Positions 1 through 9,678 of a stretch of 64,000 bases of DNA are shown in pieces; positions within the stretch are counted from its first letter, which is position 1, and every line of letters starts with the position of its first letter. Origin of the DNA: Desulfobacterales bacterium (GTDB lineage Bacteria; Desulfobacterota; Desulfobacteria; Desulfobacterales; UBA2174); the NCBI GenBank assembly GCA_963668645.2, contig CAXXWC010000018.1:128001-192000 (forward strand), given 5' to 3'. A program made the translations under genes and the position numbers. Under the pieces are notes generated by a model that was not told where the DNA came from, did not search any database, and worked only from the letters and a program-made list of their open reading frames with translations.

Positions 1-140
1 TGGCCGTAGAGGCCGCCCTTGGTCAGGCCGGTGGCGGCCATCAGGTCGCTGATGCCGGTGTTGAAGTAGCCCTTGACCGAAAAGAGCTGAAGACCGGCGC
101 TGACGATGCGCCGGCGGGTCTGATCTCCTTTGGTGCCCAT
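1..140 (-). CDS. TetR/AcrR family transcriptional regulator (5' part; runs off window edge)
   Basis: Manual translation from ATG at 140 gives MGTKGDQTRRRIVSAGLQLFSVKGYFNTGISDLMAATGLTKGGLYGH, a classic TetR N-terminal HTH. Not in the ORF track because it is truncated. Confidence 0.9.
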   Translation of the reverse strand, partial: MGTKGDQTRRRIVSAGLQLFSVKGYFNTGISDLMAATGLTKGGLYG

Positions 141-166
141 GGCGTGTGTCCATTTGTATGTCAAAC

Positions 167-216
167 AAAAAAACGACCGGTTGGTATTTTTTATTCCGAT
201 TCCACTTCCATGTCAA
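167..216 (-). promoter_or_regulatory. sigma70-type promoter plus TetR-type operator for the tetR gene
   Basis: Minus strand TTGACA (216-211), 17 nt spacer, TAAAAA (193-188). Imperfect palindrome AAAAAAACGACCGGTTGGTATTTT (167-190) centred on ACCGGT overlaps the predicted transcription start. Confidence 0.6.
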
Positions 217-245
217 CCCTCAAGACGCTGAATTTTGCGGGTGCT

Positions 246-1541
246 TCAGGCGTCCAAGGCGGGATCGCTCAACCGGCCGCCGGGAGTGAAAACCAGCGGC
301 TGCGGCCGGTCTATAGAGACGTCTGCCATGGCTGCAAGTTCGGGAGCAAGAGCGGCCGAGGCCCAAAATTCGAAGATGTTGCGGGTGTCGCGCACGATCA
401 CGGCCCGCACCTGATGGACGGAAACAGGGCCGAGGGTGGTAAAGCAGGCCTGGATCGCCTTTTCGTCGTTGGGCAGGCGCACCGGGATGAACGCCTTGTG
501 CAGCGACAGGCTGGTCAGGGCATTCATTAGCGTGGCTTCGTAGTCGAGCCTTTCAAAGACCCTCTCGGTGATGATGTCCGCGTTGCCCAATCCGATGGCG
601 TTGCCCGCGGTTTTGGCGGTCAAATCGAGGATTGCCACCCGGGTGGCCTGCATCTGGGTGGAAAAATCGCTTTCCCCCAGGTCGAAGGCCCGACCGGTGA
701 CGTTGGGATCCATGCCGGCGCCGCTGATTTCCTTGCCGATGCGGCCCACCACCAAGACGTCCAGTTGACGGAAGGGAAGCCGGGCAAAGCGCGTTTTGGC
801 CAGGGCCAGCAGCGCCGCTTCACGCTCCGCGAGCCGGGACTCCGGCACCGCCTCAATGTGAACGATCCGATCGTTTTCGTTTTCCACCACCGCCATACCG
901 AAACGGAAGTTGCTGCGTGCCGCCAGAGCAAGACCCATCACCTCCAGCAGCGCGTACCATCCATAGCGCAGGGCCCAGCGGTGAAAGGCCAGGGCACCGT
1001 CGTGTTTGCCCATGCCCACGCAAAGCATCTTGAGCAGGCCGCTTTCCACGGCAGCCTTGAATTTGCTGTGGGGTTTGATGCGGTTGATGCAGACGGTGTG
1101 ATCGGCGGTGGCGAAATCGCGGCCCAGGTAAAGGGGAATCCCGTCCATCACGGTACCCAGTTCGGTCACAGCCATGCTGGATACCACCGGCGCCCGGCAG
1201 GTCGCCTCGGTAACCCCCAGCCGTTCGAGCACCGCCGCCTGGCCTTCGGCCGTGGCACCCCCGTGGCTTCCCATGGCCGGTACGATGAACGGTTGGGCGC
1301 CGGCTTGCTGCAGTCCGCTGCACAAGGCGCGCACCATTTCCGGCAGCCGATCGATGCCCCGGCTGCCCACGGCCACGGCCACACGCTGGCCTGCGCCGAT
1401 GCCGCTTTGAGGCAGGATCCGTTCCAGTTCGTTTTTTACCGCGGTCGCCACGTCTTCGATTCCGTCGTCCGGTATCCGGCGTTGGACGTGGATGAAATGA
1501 GGAAGGTCGATGGGCTTTTCAAGATAGTCGGGATAGCGCAT
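246..1541 (-). CDS. Lactate racemase (LarA)-superfamily / DUF2088-type protein, putative 2-hydroxy-acid racemase or epimerase
   Basis: 431 aa with motifs GSRGI, PAMGSHGGAT, NRIKPH, ESGLLKMLCVGMGK and GKEISGAGMDPNVTGR typical of LarA-like proteins. Confidence 0.75.
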   Translation of the reverse strand: MRYPDYLEKPIDLPHFIHVQRRIPDDGIEDVATAVKNELERILPQSGIGAGQRVAVAVGSRGIDRLPEMVRALCSGLQQAGAQPFIVPAMGSHGGATAEGQAAVLERLGVTEATCRAPVVSSMAVTELGTVMDGIPLYLGRDFATADHTVCINRIKPHSKFKAAVESGLLKMLCVGMGKHDGALAFHRWALRYGWYALLEVMGLALAARSNFRFGMAVVENENDRIVHIEAVPESRLAEREAALLALAKTRFARLPFRQLDVLVVGRIGKEISGAGMDPNVTGRAFDLGESDFSTQMQATRVAILDLTAKTAGNAIGLGNADIITERVFERLDYEATLMNALTSLSLHKAFIPVRLPNDEKAIQACFTTLGPVSVHQVRAVIVRDTRNIFEFWASAALAPELAAMADVSIDRPQPLVFTPGGRLSDPALDA

Positions 1542-1574
1542 GGCAAGGGCTTTCTTTTGGCAACGACTTTTTTC

Positions 1575-1632
1575 TTGACAAGTTGCGGCCGGTTCCGTTA
1601 ATCCAAAGGTTAGAATTGGTCAGACCTCAGAC
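1575..1632 (+). promoter_or_regulatory. Promoter of the TRAP operon with a FadR-family (PdhR/LldR/GlcC-like) operator
   Basis: TTGACA at 1575-1580 and GTTAAT at 1597-1602. AATTGGTCAGACC at 1614-1626 resembles the AATTGGTnnnACCAATT box and is followed by a TCAGAC direct repeat. Confidence 0.6.
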
Positions 1633-1830
1633 ATGTCGATATCGTACCCCTCCCGGATGTCGGCGTAAAGCATTTAGTTCTCAGGACCGGGGGGCCTCGC
1701 TTCACGCAGCAGACCGAAGGGGACGCCGGTCCCCGCAATAGCTTGATGATGCACGGCTCCATGCCGGGTGCGCCAGGTCCGATGGCCCTCGGCTGAATGA
1801 CCTACCAACCGCCATCCAAAGGAGGGAACC

Positions 1831-2838
1831 GTGTTGAAAAAGATCGTCGTCGGGTTAGTCGTTCTCTGTTTGGCGTTCAGCGTCGCGCCCACCAGTGCCA
1901 GCGCCGCGGACAGCCTGATCATCGCCACCGCCACCACCGGTGGCACCTACTATCCGGTGGGGGTGGCCATCGGGACACTGATCAGTATCAAGCTCGCCAG
2001 CGAGGACAAGATCACCGCCACGGCCGTCAACTCGGCCGGATCGGGCGAGAACGTCCAGATGCTCAAAAACAAGGAGACCCATCTGGCCATTCTCCAGTCG
2101 CTTTTCGGTCTCAACGCTTACAACGGCACCGGTGCATATGAGGGCAAGGCGGTCAAGGATTTCCGGTCGATCACCATGCTCTGGGAAAATGTCGAGCACT
2201 TCGCCCTGGCCGCCAAGTACATCAAGACCGGTACCATCGACGATCTGCGCAATCTGGGCGCGAAGTTCTCCATCGGCAAGCGCGGCAGCGGTACCGAGGG
2301 CTCTGGCCGCACCATCCTGGCAGCACTGGGCATTGATCCGGAAAAGGAGATGACCCTCGAGTATCTGGCCTACACCCCCTCAGCCCAGGCCATGATGGAC
2401 GGGCGGATCGTAGGCATGAACTGCCCGGCCGGACCGCCGGTGGCCGCCATTACCCAGCTATACGCCCAGATGGGGGCCAAGAAAGTCAGAGTGCTCGATT
2501 TTAGCGACCAGCAGCTCGCCCAGATCCAGGCCAAGTATCCGATCTGGAACCGTTTTGTCGTCCCGGCCGGCTCTTACCCCGGCCAGAAGACCGACATCCA
2601 GACCATCAGCCAGCCGAACTTTCTGGCCGTACGGCCGGACATCAGTGAGGAGACGGTCTACAAGCTTACCAAAACCATTTACGAGAATCTGCCGTTTTTG
2701 GCCAATATCCACAAGGCCACCAAGGCCATGAAGCTCGATCGGGCCATCAGCGGTCTGCCGGTGCCGTTGCACCCGGGTGCTGCCAAGTACTACAAGGAAA
2801 AGGGGATCAAGATCCCCGCCGAACTGATGCCCATCTGA
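1831..2838 (+). CDS. TAXI family TRAP transporter solute-binding protein
   Basis: Signal peptide; motifs ATATTGGTYY, SAGSGEN, GSGT and PVPLHPGAAKYYKEKG; RBS AAAGGAGG upstream. Confidence 0.95.
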   Translation: MLKKIVVGLVVLCLAFSVAPTSASAADSLIIATATTGGTYYPVGVAIGTLISIKLASEDKITATAVNSAGSGENVQMLKNKETHLAILQSLFGLNAYNGTGAYEGKAVKDFRSITMLWENVEHFALAAKYIKTGTIDDLRNLGAKFSIGKRGSGTEGSGRTILAALGIDPEKEMTLEYLAYTPSAQAMMDGRIVGMNCPAGPPVAAITQLYAQMGAKKVRVLDFSDQQLAQIQAKYPIWNRFVVPAGSYPGQKTDIQTISQPNFLAVRPDISEETVYKLTKTIYENLPFLANIHKATKAMKLDRAISGLPVPLHPGAAKYYKEKGIKIPAELMPI

Positions 2839-2845
2839 CAGTCGC

Positions 2846-2872
2846 CGGGCCGCCCGCCGCGCGGGCGGCCCG
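2846..2872 (+). other. GC-rich stem-loop between SBP and permease genes (mRNA stabiliser or attenuator)
   Basis: Perfect 12 bp stem CGGGCCGCCCGC / GCGGGCGGCCCG with a 3 nt loop and no U-tract. Confidence 0.55.
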
Positions 2873-2987
2873 CGTTCAAGCCAACCGCGTGGGGGGCGTG
2901 CCGGCGTGGCAATCAAGGGCCACCGCCGGCCGCGCTCCCTCACGCAGGTGCCACCACGGGGCGCGACACCCGAGACAAGGACAGATC

Positions 2988-4901
2988 ATGCCCGAGGCTT
3001 CCGAAAAAGACACCACCGATGCGGCTACGGGGCGCCAGACGCCTTTCAACCAGCGCCTGCTCTACTGGTGCGGGGTGCTCATGGCCCTGTTTCACCTCTG
3101 GGTCAACACCATCGGCATTATGCCCGAGATCCAGCGTAACGCGCTGCACTTTGCTTTCATCCTCTTTATGGGGTTCATTATCTACCCGCCGATCAAAAAA
3201 CTGCCTGAACGCGGGTTGATTTTCGACTACATGCTGGCGATCCTCTCGGTGGTTACCGGGGCCTACCTGGTACTCTTCGAAGACGCCCTGCACGCCCGCA
3301 ACGAGGTGCCGACCCAGCTCGACTTGGTCTTCGCCGGGATCGCCATCTTGCTCATGGTGGAGATTACCCGGCGCAGCGCCGGCTACATCATCCCGCTGCT
3401 TTCGGCCATCTTTCTCGGCTACGCCCTGTGGTTCGGCCGTCTTATGGGTGGGTTGTGGAATTTTCCCGGCGTCACGATAGAGCGGATGCTCTACCGCATG
3501 TACTTCGCACCGGACGGTATTTTCGGCACCATCGCCACCATCTCATCGACCTTCGTCTTTCTCTTCGTGCTATTTGCCGCTTTCCTGCTGCACAGCGGCG
3601 CCGGCGACTTCATCATCCGGCTGTCGGTGGCCATGATGGGGCGTATGGTGGGCGGGCCGGCCAAGATGGCGGTTTTTGCCAGCGGGCTGATGGGATCGGT
3701 GTCGGGCAGCGCCGTGGCCAACACGGTGGGCACCGGTTCAATCACCATTCCACTGATGAAGCGGGTCGGCTTCAAGCCCCGGTTCGCCGGTGCCGTGGAA
3801 GCGGCCGCCTCCACCGGGGGCCAACTCATGCCGCCGATTATGGGTGCCGGCGCCTTCATCATGAGCCAGTGGACCCAGATTCCCTATTTGAAAATCGTGG
3901 CCGTGGCCACCATCCCGGCCCTGCTCTACTTTTTTTCGGTGGCCTTCTTCGTCCACCTGCGAGCCAAGAAGGTGGGGCTAGAGGCCCTGCCCAAGGAGGA
4001 AATCCCGCGCATCGGCGAAGTGCTTAAGGAGGGGTGGAATTTTTTCATCCCCATCGCGGTCCTCATGGGGCTCTTGATGATCGGCTACACCCCGACCTTC
4101 TCCGCCTGTGTCGGTATCGGCGCTATCGTGGTGGCCAGCTGGTTCCACAAAAAGACGCGCATGTACCCACGCGACATCCTCGACGCCATGGCCCTGGGAG
4201 CCAAAAACATGGTCTCCACCGGTGTGATCCTCCTATGCTCGGGGATTGTAGTCGGGGTTGTGCTCATGGTGGGGGCCGGGATCAAGTTTTCCATCATGAT
4301 CACCAGCATCTCGGGCGGTAACCTGTTTATAACCATCGTGCTGGTGGCTCTGGCCTCTCTGGTGCTCGGCATGGGGTTGCCGGTGACCGCCTCCTACATC
4401 GTGCTGGCGGTGCTCGCAGCGCCTTCCATGGAGATGCTCGGCTCGTCGCTGATCGCCGCTCACATGCTTATCTTCTGGTACTCCCAGGACTCCAACGTCA
4501 CACCCCCGGTCTGCCTGGCGGCCTACTCTGCGGCAGGCATTTCAGGATCTAAGCCGCTGGAGACCGGTATGGAGTCCTGGAAGCTTGCCAAGGGGCTGTA
4601 TATCATCCCGCTTTTGTTCGTCTATACGCCGATTCTCTTCGAGGGGCCGGTGTGGCAAGTGATCGAAACCAGCCTCATGGCTGCAGCGGGGCTTTTCTGC
4701 GCAGCGGCGATGTTCGAAGGCTTTCATGTGATCCTCCTCACCTGGATGCTGCGCCTCGTCTATCTTGGCGCGGCCGTCCTGCTGCTCTGGCCGAGCTTCG
4801 TCTGCCATGGGCTGGGGGTGATGGTGCTAGTGGCGTTGGTGGCCTTCCAGAAAGCCAAGGTGCGTCGCTCCGTTGTGGATGTGCCGCCGCTGGAAGCATG
4901 A
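2988..4901 (+). CDS. TRAP transporter fused permease (4TM/12TM, DctQM-type)
   Basis: Highly hydrophobic; motifs GGPAK, SGSAVAN, EAAASTGGQLMPPIMGAGAF, LGMGLP and TPPV. Start placed at ATG 2988 behind AAGGA. Confidence 0.93.
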   Translation: MPEASEKDTTDAATGRQTPFNQRLLYWCGVLMALFHLWVNTIGIMPEIQRNALHFAFILFMGFIIYPPIKKLPERGLIFDYMLAILSVVTGAYLVLFEDALHARNEVPTQLDLVFAGIAILLMVEITRRSAGYIIPLLSAIFLGYALWFGRLMGGLWNFPGVTIERMLYRMYFAPDGIFGTIATISSTFVFLFVLFAAFLLHSGAGDFIIRLSVAMMGRMVGGPAKMAVFASGLMGSVSGSAVANTVGTGSITIPLMKRVGFKPRFAGAVEAAASTGGQLMPPIMGAGAFIMSQWTQIPYLKIVAVATIPALLYFFSVAFFVHLRAKKVGLEALPKEEIPRIGEVLKEGWNFFIPIAVLMGLLMIGYTPTFSACVGIGAIVVASWFHKKTRMYPRDILDAMALGAKNMVSTGVILLCSGIVVGVVLMVGAGIKFSIMITSISGGNLFITIVLVALASLVLGMGLPVTASYIVLAVLAAPSMEMLGSSLIAAHMLIFWYSQDSNVTPPVCLAAYSAAGISGSKPLETGMESWKLAKGLYIIPLLFVYTPILFEGPVWQVIETSLMAAAGLFCAAAMFEGFHVILLTWMLRLVYLGAAVLLLWPSFVCHGLGVMVLVALVAFQKAKVRRSVVDVPPLEA

Positions 4902-5346
4902 ACGACCTTTTCGAAAAGATACCTCAGAAAAAGGTCAGCGACCGGGTGTTCGAGCAGGTTCGTGCCCGCATTGCCGACGGGAGGCTCAAGCCGGGCGACC
5001 GGCTGCCTCCCGAACGGGAGTTGACGGCCCTGTTCGTGGCGGGCCGCTCCTCGGTCACGAACTCAACGTACGTTTCCATAACACCATAGCCACCGCGGCC
5101 CACAACCTGTTTCTGGTCCATATCATGAACACCATCTCAGGATGGATCGGCCAGATCACCTCCAAGGTCTACGCCGACCTGTTCGATGACCGCGAGACCT
5201 CCCGGCTCCTGCTCGAACAGCACGTCGCCATTGCGGACGCCATCGCCCGGCGCGATGCCGAGGCGGCCCGTGAGAGCATGGACCTGCACCTGCGCTATTC
5301 GATGCGCAAGGCCCGCAAGGCGGGGGTCGCGGCGGCAGCCTTTTGA
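4898..5346 (+). pseudogene. FadR/GntR family regulator with internal deletion and frameshift
   Basis: The N-terminal wHTH (KVSDRVFEQV...LKPGDRLPPERELTALF..GRSSV) from ATG 4898 joins out of frame, at ~5050-5056, to an FCD C-terminus (ELNVRFHNTIA...EQHVAIADAIARRDAEAARESMDLHL). Only ~149 codons remain. Confidence 0.85.
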
Positions 5347-5352
5347 CAGCCG

Positions 5353-5381
5353 TTGACCTTGGTGGTCTTCAGGATTATAAT
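5353..5381 (+). promoter_or_regulatory. sigma70-type promoter upstream of the FAD/Fe-S dehydrogenase
   Basis: TTGACC (5353-5358), 17 nt spacer, TATAAT (5376-5381). Confidence 0.7.
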
Positions 5382-5506
5382 GTTTACCACATCGATTGGC
5401 GGCTTCTCGATCCGTCTTACCCTCAGCGGAAAACGAAACCGATCCTCACCCAGATCAACAGATGAACCCTCATATCTGACATCATGCCAGAACGGAAATC
5501 AGGGGT

Positions 5507-8419
5507 TTGACAAGGCCGGCCGCTGCGGCGGCTGGAGGCAGGACTGACTTGCGAAATCCGACCAAGACGCACCCCACGGAAAATCCAGCGGCTCCCCTCA
5601 ATCAACTCCAGCGAACCCTCGACGGCGAGGTCCACCACGACCTGGTACAGCGCACCTTGCTGGCCACCGACGGGAGCATCTTCCAGATCATGCCGGCAGC
5701 CGTGGTCTACCCGCGGCACACCGGCGACGTGCAGGTCGCGGTGCGCTTTGCCAAGGAACACGGCCTGACGGTTCACCCCCGGGGAGCGGGCAGCGGCCTT
5801 TGCGGCGCGGCCCTCGGCCGGGGATTGATCATCGATTTTACCCGCTTTATGAACCGCCCCATCGGCGTGGATATCCAGGCGCGCACCTTCACCTGCGAGC
5901 CCGGCTACCGGCTGGGCGACCTTGAGGAGGCCCTGGCCGGATCGGGGCTCTTTTTCCCGCCTGATCCGTCCAGCGGCCAGTATGCCACCTTTGGCGGAAT
6001 GTTCGGCACCAACGCCAGCGGGGCCCACTCGGTCAAATACGGCAACGTGGCCGATTATATTCTGGACGCGGAAATGGTGCTGGCCGACGGGTCCCGGGTG
6101 ACCCTTTCAGACCTGGCCGCAACACCTGGCGACCGGCTCCCGGCCCCCTTTGATCGGCTTTACCGTCTTTATGCCGATCACGGCCCAACCATTGAAACGG
6201 CTTATCCGGATACGGCCTACAACAGCGCCGGGTATAACCTGCGCGGCCTGGTGCGAGACGGCCGTTTGCGGCTGGGCCGTCTGCTGGGCGGATCCGAGGG
6301 AACCCTGGCGGTGGCAACCCGCCTGACCTTCCGCCTGATCCCCAAGCCGGCCTGCGACAGCCTGGTGGTGGCCTACATGGATGATATCCAGGATGCCGCT
6401 CTGGCCGTGCAGCGGATTTTACCCATGGGGCCGGCGGGCATCGAGGTCATGGACAAGTCCCTGCTTTCGCTGGCCCGGCGCGAAGACCCGCGGCTGGCCC
6501 GGGCCCTGCCCGATGGGGTCGACAACGTGCTGCTCATCGAGTGCGACGGGCCGGACGAAGCCGCCTGCCAACGGACCAACGGGCAGGTCCTCGAGGCGCT
6601 GCAGGATCTGTCCCGTGAAGTGCACGCGGCGGCCGATGCCGCTGAAAAGGCGCGTTTTTGGGCGGTGCGCAAGGCTGCCGTGCCGATTCTCTACCGGCTG
6701 CGGGGCCGGCGCCGGATTTTGGCCCTGATCGAGGACGCCTCCGTGCCGGTGCAGCATCTGGGGACCTATTTCAAAGAGGTCTACGCACTGTTGGAGCGCC
6801 ATCGGGTCCCTTTCGTGGTGTACGGCCATATCGCCAAGGGGCTGCTCCATACCCGGCCGCTGCTCGATCTCAGAGACCCGGCCGACGTGGCCAGGCTGCG
6901 GCCCATAGCCGACGAATTTTACGCCATCGTGGCCGCCCTGGACGGCTCGGTGAGTGGCGAGCACGGGGACGGCCGGCTGCGCAGCGCCTACGTCCGGCGC
7001 CGCTATCCTCAAATCTACGACCTTTTTCTCGAGGTCAAACGGATTTTCGATCCGGCAGGCCGGCTCAACCCGGAGATCATCACCCACCACGACCCGGACC
7101 AGATGAGCCGGGATCTGCGCTTCGGGGCCGAATACCGCCCACGGCACTCCGGCCGGCAGGAGCTGGCCTGGCCAGAAGGGTTCGTCGATGCGGTGGAGCT
7201 GTGCCATGGTTGCAGCAAGTGTACCACGGTGAGCGGGGCGACGCGTATGTGCCCGGTTTACAAGGCCACCCGGGAAGAGGCGGCCGCCCCCAAGGCCAAG
7301 GCCAACCTGTTGCGGGCCCTGATCGGCGGCGCCATCGACGACCAGACCCAGTACCAGGCGGCGTTCAAACAGGTCATGGACCGCTGCGTGCACTGCGGCA
7401 GCTGCCAGCGCGAATGCCCCAGCCACGTGAACATCCCCAAGCTGGCCGCCGAGGCCAAGGCCCGCTACGTGCGGCGCTACGGCAACCCTTTGCACGATCA
7501 TCTGGTCACACGCATCGAAATTGCCGGGCGCACGATGCACAGGGTTTCGGGGCTGATCCAGACCCTGGCGGCCCCGGCCGCCGTGCGCCGGGCCGTCGAA
7601 CGGGTTACCGGCCTGTCGGCCCGGCGCCCCCTGGTTCCCTTTTCCCGCCGGAGTCTTTTCGAACGCCTCGGCCAGACAGTGCTGGGAAGCGGTCCGCGCC
7701 GGGTGCTCTACTACGCCGGCTGCGATGCGGCCTATCTGCGACCGTCCATCGGTATGGCGGCCGTTTCGCTCCTTGAGGCCGCCGGCTGGCAGGTGCTCGT
7801 TCCCCCCCAGCACTGCTGCGGCCTGCCCATGTTGGCCAAGGGGATGGTGGACGGGGCCCGGCGCCAGATCCGGCAGAACCTGCGCGCCTGGCAGGATCTG
7901 GTCGCCGGGGTGGAAGCCGTGGCGGTTACCTGTTCTTCCTGCGGCCTGGCCCTGATGCGCGAATGGGCCGATCTGATGGGCGACCAAGCCGTGGGCCGCA
8001 TCGCCGGTAAAGTCCGGCCGGTCAGCGCTTTGATCGGTGAAGCCATGGACCGGTTGCCGTTGACTGACGCAAAGCGGCAGGCGGTGGCCTACCATTATCC
8101 CTGCCACCTGTTGGGACAGGCCGAAGCGGACAGTTCGGTGCGTATGCTCCAAGCCGTCGGGGGCATCGAGTTGAGTGTTCTGGACAGCGGCTGCTGCGGG
8201 ATGGCGGGCAGTTGGGGCCTGCGCGCGGACCACGACGCTTTAAGCCGCCGGATCGGCCAGGGTCTGATGCAGCATCTGGCCGCCGCTCAGGCCGCCACCG
8301 CCGCCACCGACTGCCCGACTTGCCGGCTGCAGATGGAACAATTGGGGCCGACGCCGGTCTTCCATCCGGTGGAAATCGTGGCGGGCCGGCTGCGTCGATC
8401 CCTGCGCGATCGGAATTAA
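5507..8419 (+). CDS. FAD-linked oxidase / Fe-S-binding fusion (GlcD+GlcF-like; D-2-hydroxy-acid or D-lactate dehydrogenase type)
   Basis: Motifs PRGAGSGL, PDPSS, GSEGTL and SGEHGDG; two ferredoxin-like Cys clusters (CHGCSKC, CVHCGSCQRECP); CCG domains. Exact start uncertain. Confidence 0.88.
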   Translation: MTRPAAAAAGGRTDLRNPTKTHPTENPAAPLNQLQRTLDGEVHHDLVQRTLLATDGSIFQIMPAAVVYPRHTGDVQVAVRFAKEHGLTVHPRGAGSGLCGAALGRGLIIDFTRFMNRPIGVDIQARTFTCEPGYRLGDLEEALAGSGLFFPPDPSSGQYATFGGMFGTNASGAHSVKYGNVADYILDAEMVLADGSRVTLSDLAATPGDRLPAPFDRLYRLYADHGPTIETAYPDTAYNSAGYNLRGLVRDGRLRLGRLLGGSEGTLAVATRLTFRLIPKPACDSLVVAYMDDIQDAALAVQRILPMGPAGIEVMDKSLLSLARREDPRLARALPDGVDNVLLIECDGPDEAACQRTNGQVLEALQDLSREVHAAADAAEKARFWAVRKAAVPILYRLRGRRRILALIEDASVPVQHLGTYFKEVYALLERHRVPFVVYGHIAKGLLHTRPLLDLRDPADVARLRPIADEFYAIVAALDGSVSGEHGDGRLRSAYVRRRYPQIYDLFLEVKRIFDPAGRLNPEIITHHDPDQMSRDLRFGAEYRPRHSGRQELAWPEGFVDAVELCHGCSKCTTVSGATRMCPVYKATREEAAAPKAKANLLRALIGGAIDDQTQYQAAFKQVMDRCVHCGSCQRECPSHVNIPKLAAEAKARYVRRYGNPLHDHLVTRIEIAGRTMHRVSGLIQTLAAPAAVRRAVERVTGLSARRPLVPFSRRSLFERLGQTVLGSGPRRVLYYAGCDAAYLRPSIGMAAVSLLEAAGWQVLVPPQHCCGLPMLAKGMVDGARRQIRQNLRAWQDLVAGVEAVAVTCSSCGLALMREWADLMGDQAVGRIAGKVRPVSALIGEAMDRLPLTDAKRQAVAYHYPCHLLGQAEADSSVRMLQAVGGIELSVLDSGCCGMAGSWGLRADHDALSRRIGQGLMQHLAAAQAATAATDCPTCRLQMEQLGPTPVFHPVEIVAGRLRRSLRDRN

Positions 8420-8612
8420 TGAGTGCCCGTCCGTAAATGGTGATTTTGGGTTTCCGGCAAGGCCCGAACGAGTTTTCAACCGGAGCCATAGCCCGCTATT
8501 TCGAGGATTGGAAACGGGGGAGAACGCCGCCGGGGGCCGAAAGGTGCCGTTTATGGGTGGCGCTAAAGAAGGATCAGACAAAAAGGCCGGGCAACGGAAT
8601 AGACCCGGCCGC

Positions 8613-9650
8613 TCAGCAACATGGCAAGACCCGCTCGATGGCCGCCAGGGCCGCATCGATATCCTGCGCCGCCAGCGGATAGTGGGTCACGGCCCGCAGG
8701 CGGAACGGATCGAGAGCCAAAAGCTTCACCCCGGCCTCGGCCAGGGCGGTAGCCAGGCCGGCTGCGGTCAGACGCCGGTCGCTGATTTCGAAAAAGACGA
8801 TATTGGTCCGCACCAAGCTCGGGTCGGCCGTGATTCCCTTGATGCGGGCCAATCCCCGGACCAGGCGCTGGGCGTTGGCGTGATCTTCGGCCAGGCGGTC
8901 CACCATCTCATCAAGTGCCACGATTCCGGCCGCGGCCAGGATTCCGGCCTGGCGCATCCCCCCGCCGAGAACCTTGCGCGCGCGGCGCGCCGCATCCACA
9001 AACGCCCGGCTGCCGCAGACCACCGATCCCACCGGGGCCGCAAGCCCCTTGCTGAGACAAAAGGAGACCGAATCGGCTTGGGCCACCAGGTCGGCGGCCG
9101 GGCAGCCCAAAGCCACCGCGGCGTTGAAGAGTCGCGCGCCGTCCACGTGAATCTTGAGCCCCCAGCGTTTTGCCGATTCGCCCACCCGATTCATGTAGTC
9201 CACGCTCAGGGGGCTGCCGCTGCAGCGGTTGTGGGTGTTTTCGAGCACCAGAAGCCGGCTGCGGGGAAAGTGGACATCGTCACTGCGCACCGCCGCCTCG
9301 ATCTGCGCCAAATCGATGGTGCCGTCCGGCCGGTTGGGTACCGTGCGCGGGTGAATGCCGCCCAGGGCCGCCGATCCGCCCTGCTCGTAATAAAAAATAT
9401 GGGACTGGTCCCCGAGGATCATCTCGTCGCCCCGGTTGCAGTGGACCAGTTGGCATATCAGGTTGGCCATGGTGCCGCTGGCCACCAGCAGGGCCGCAGC
9501 TTTGCCGGTCCTTTCGGCGGCCATTTGTTCCAGGCGTTTGACGGTGGGGTCTTCACCGTAGACGTCGTCGCCGACTTCGGCCCGAGCCATCGCTTTTCGC
9601 ATCCGCTCGGTGGGCGGTGTGACGGTATCGCTGCGCAGATCGATGGACAT
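8613..9650 (-). CDS. ltaE: Low-specificity L-threonine aldolase
   Basis: Motifs IDLRSDTVT, GDDVYGEDPTV, ENTHN, HVDGARLFNA and the PLP lysine in CLSKGL. Start placed at ATG 9650. Confidence 0.95.
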   Translation of the reverse strand: MSIDLRSDTVTPPTERMRKAMARAEVGDDVYGEDPTVKRLEQMAAERTGKAAALLVASGTMANLICQLVHCNRGDEMILGDQSHIFYYEQGGSAALGGIHPRTVPNRPDGTIDLAQIEAAVRSDDVHFPRSRLLVLENTHNRCSGSPLSVDYMNRVGESAKRWGLKIHVDGARLFNAAVALGCPAADLVAQADSVSFCLSKGLAAPVGSVVCGSRAFVDAARRARKVLGGGMRQAGILAAAGIVALDEMVDRLAEDHANAQRLVRGLARIKGITADPSLVRTNIVFFEISDRRLTAAGLATALAEAGVKLLALDPFRLRAVTHYPLAAQDIDAALAAIERVLPCC

Positions 9651-9678
9651 CTTCTTTTCCTTGGGATGCCGGGGGGCT

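Noticed and set aside
1640..1820. Riboswitch in the TRAP operon leader
   Set aside because: GC-rich hairpins are present, but I recognise no known aptamer consensus; an Rfam scan would be needed.
6419..8233. Long antisense or overlapping ORFs (also 13942-16008, 16123-18432, 21301-23418, 56052-57776)
   Set aside because: Shadow ORFs of high-GC genes; they overlap well-supported CDSs and show no recognisable motifs.
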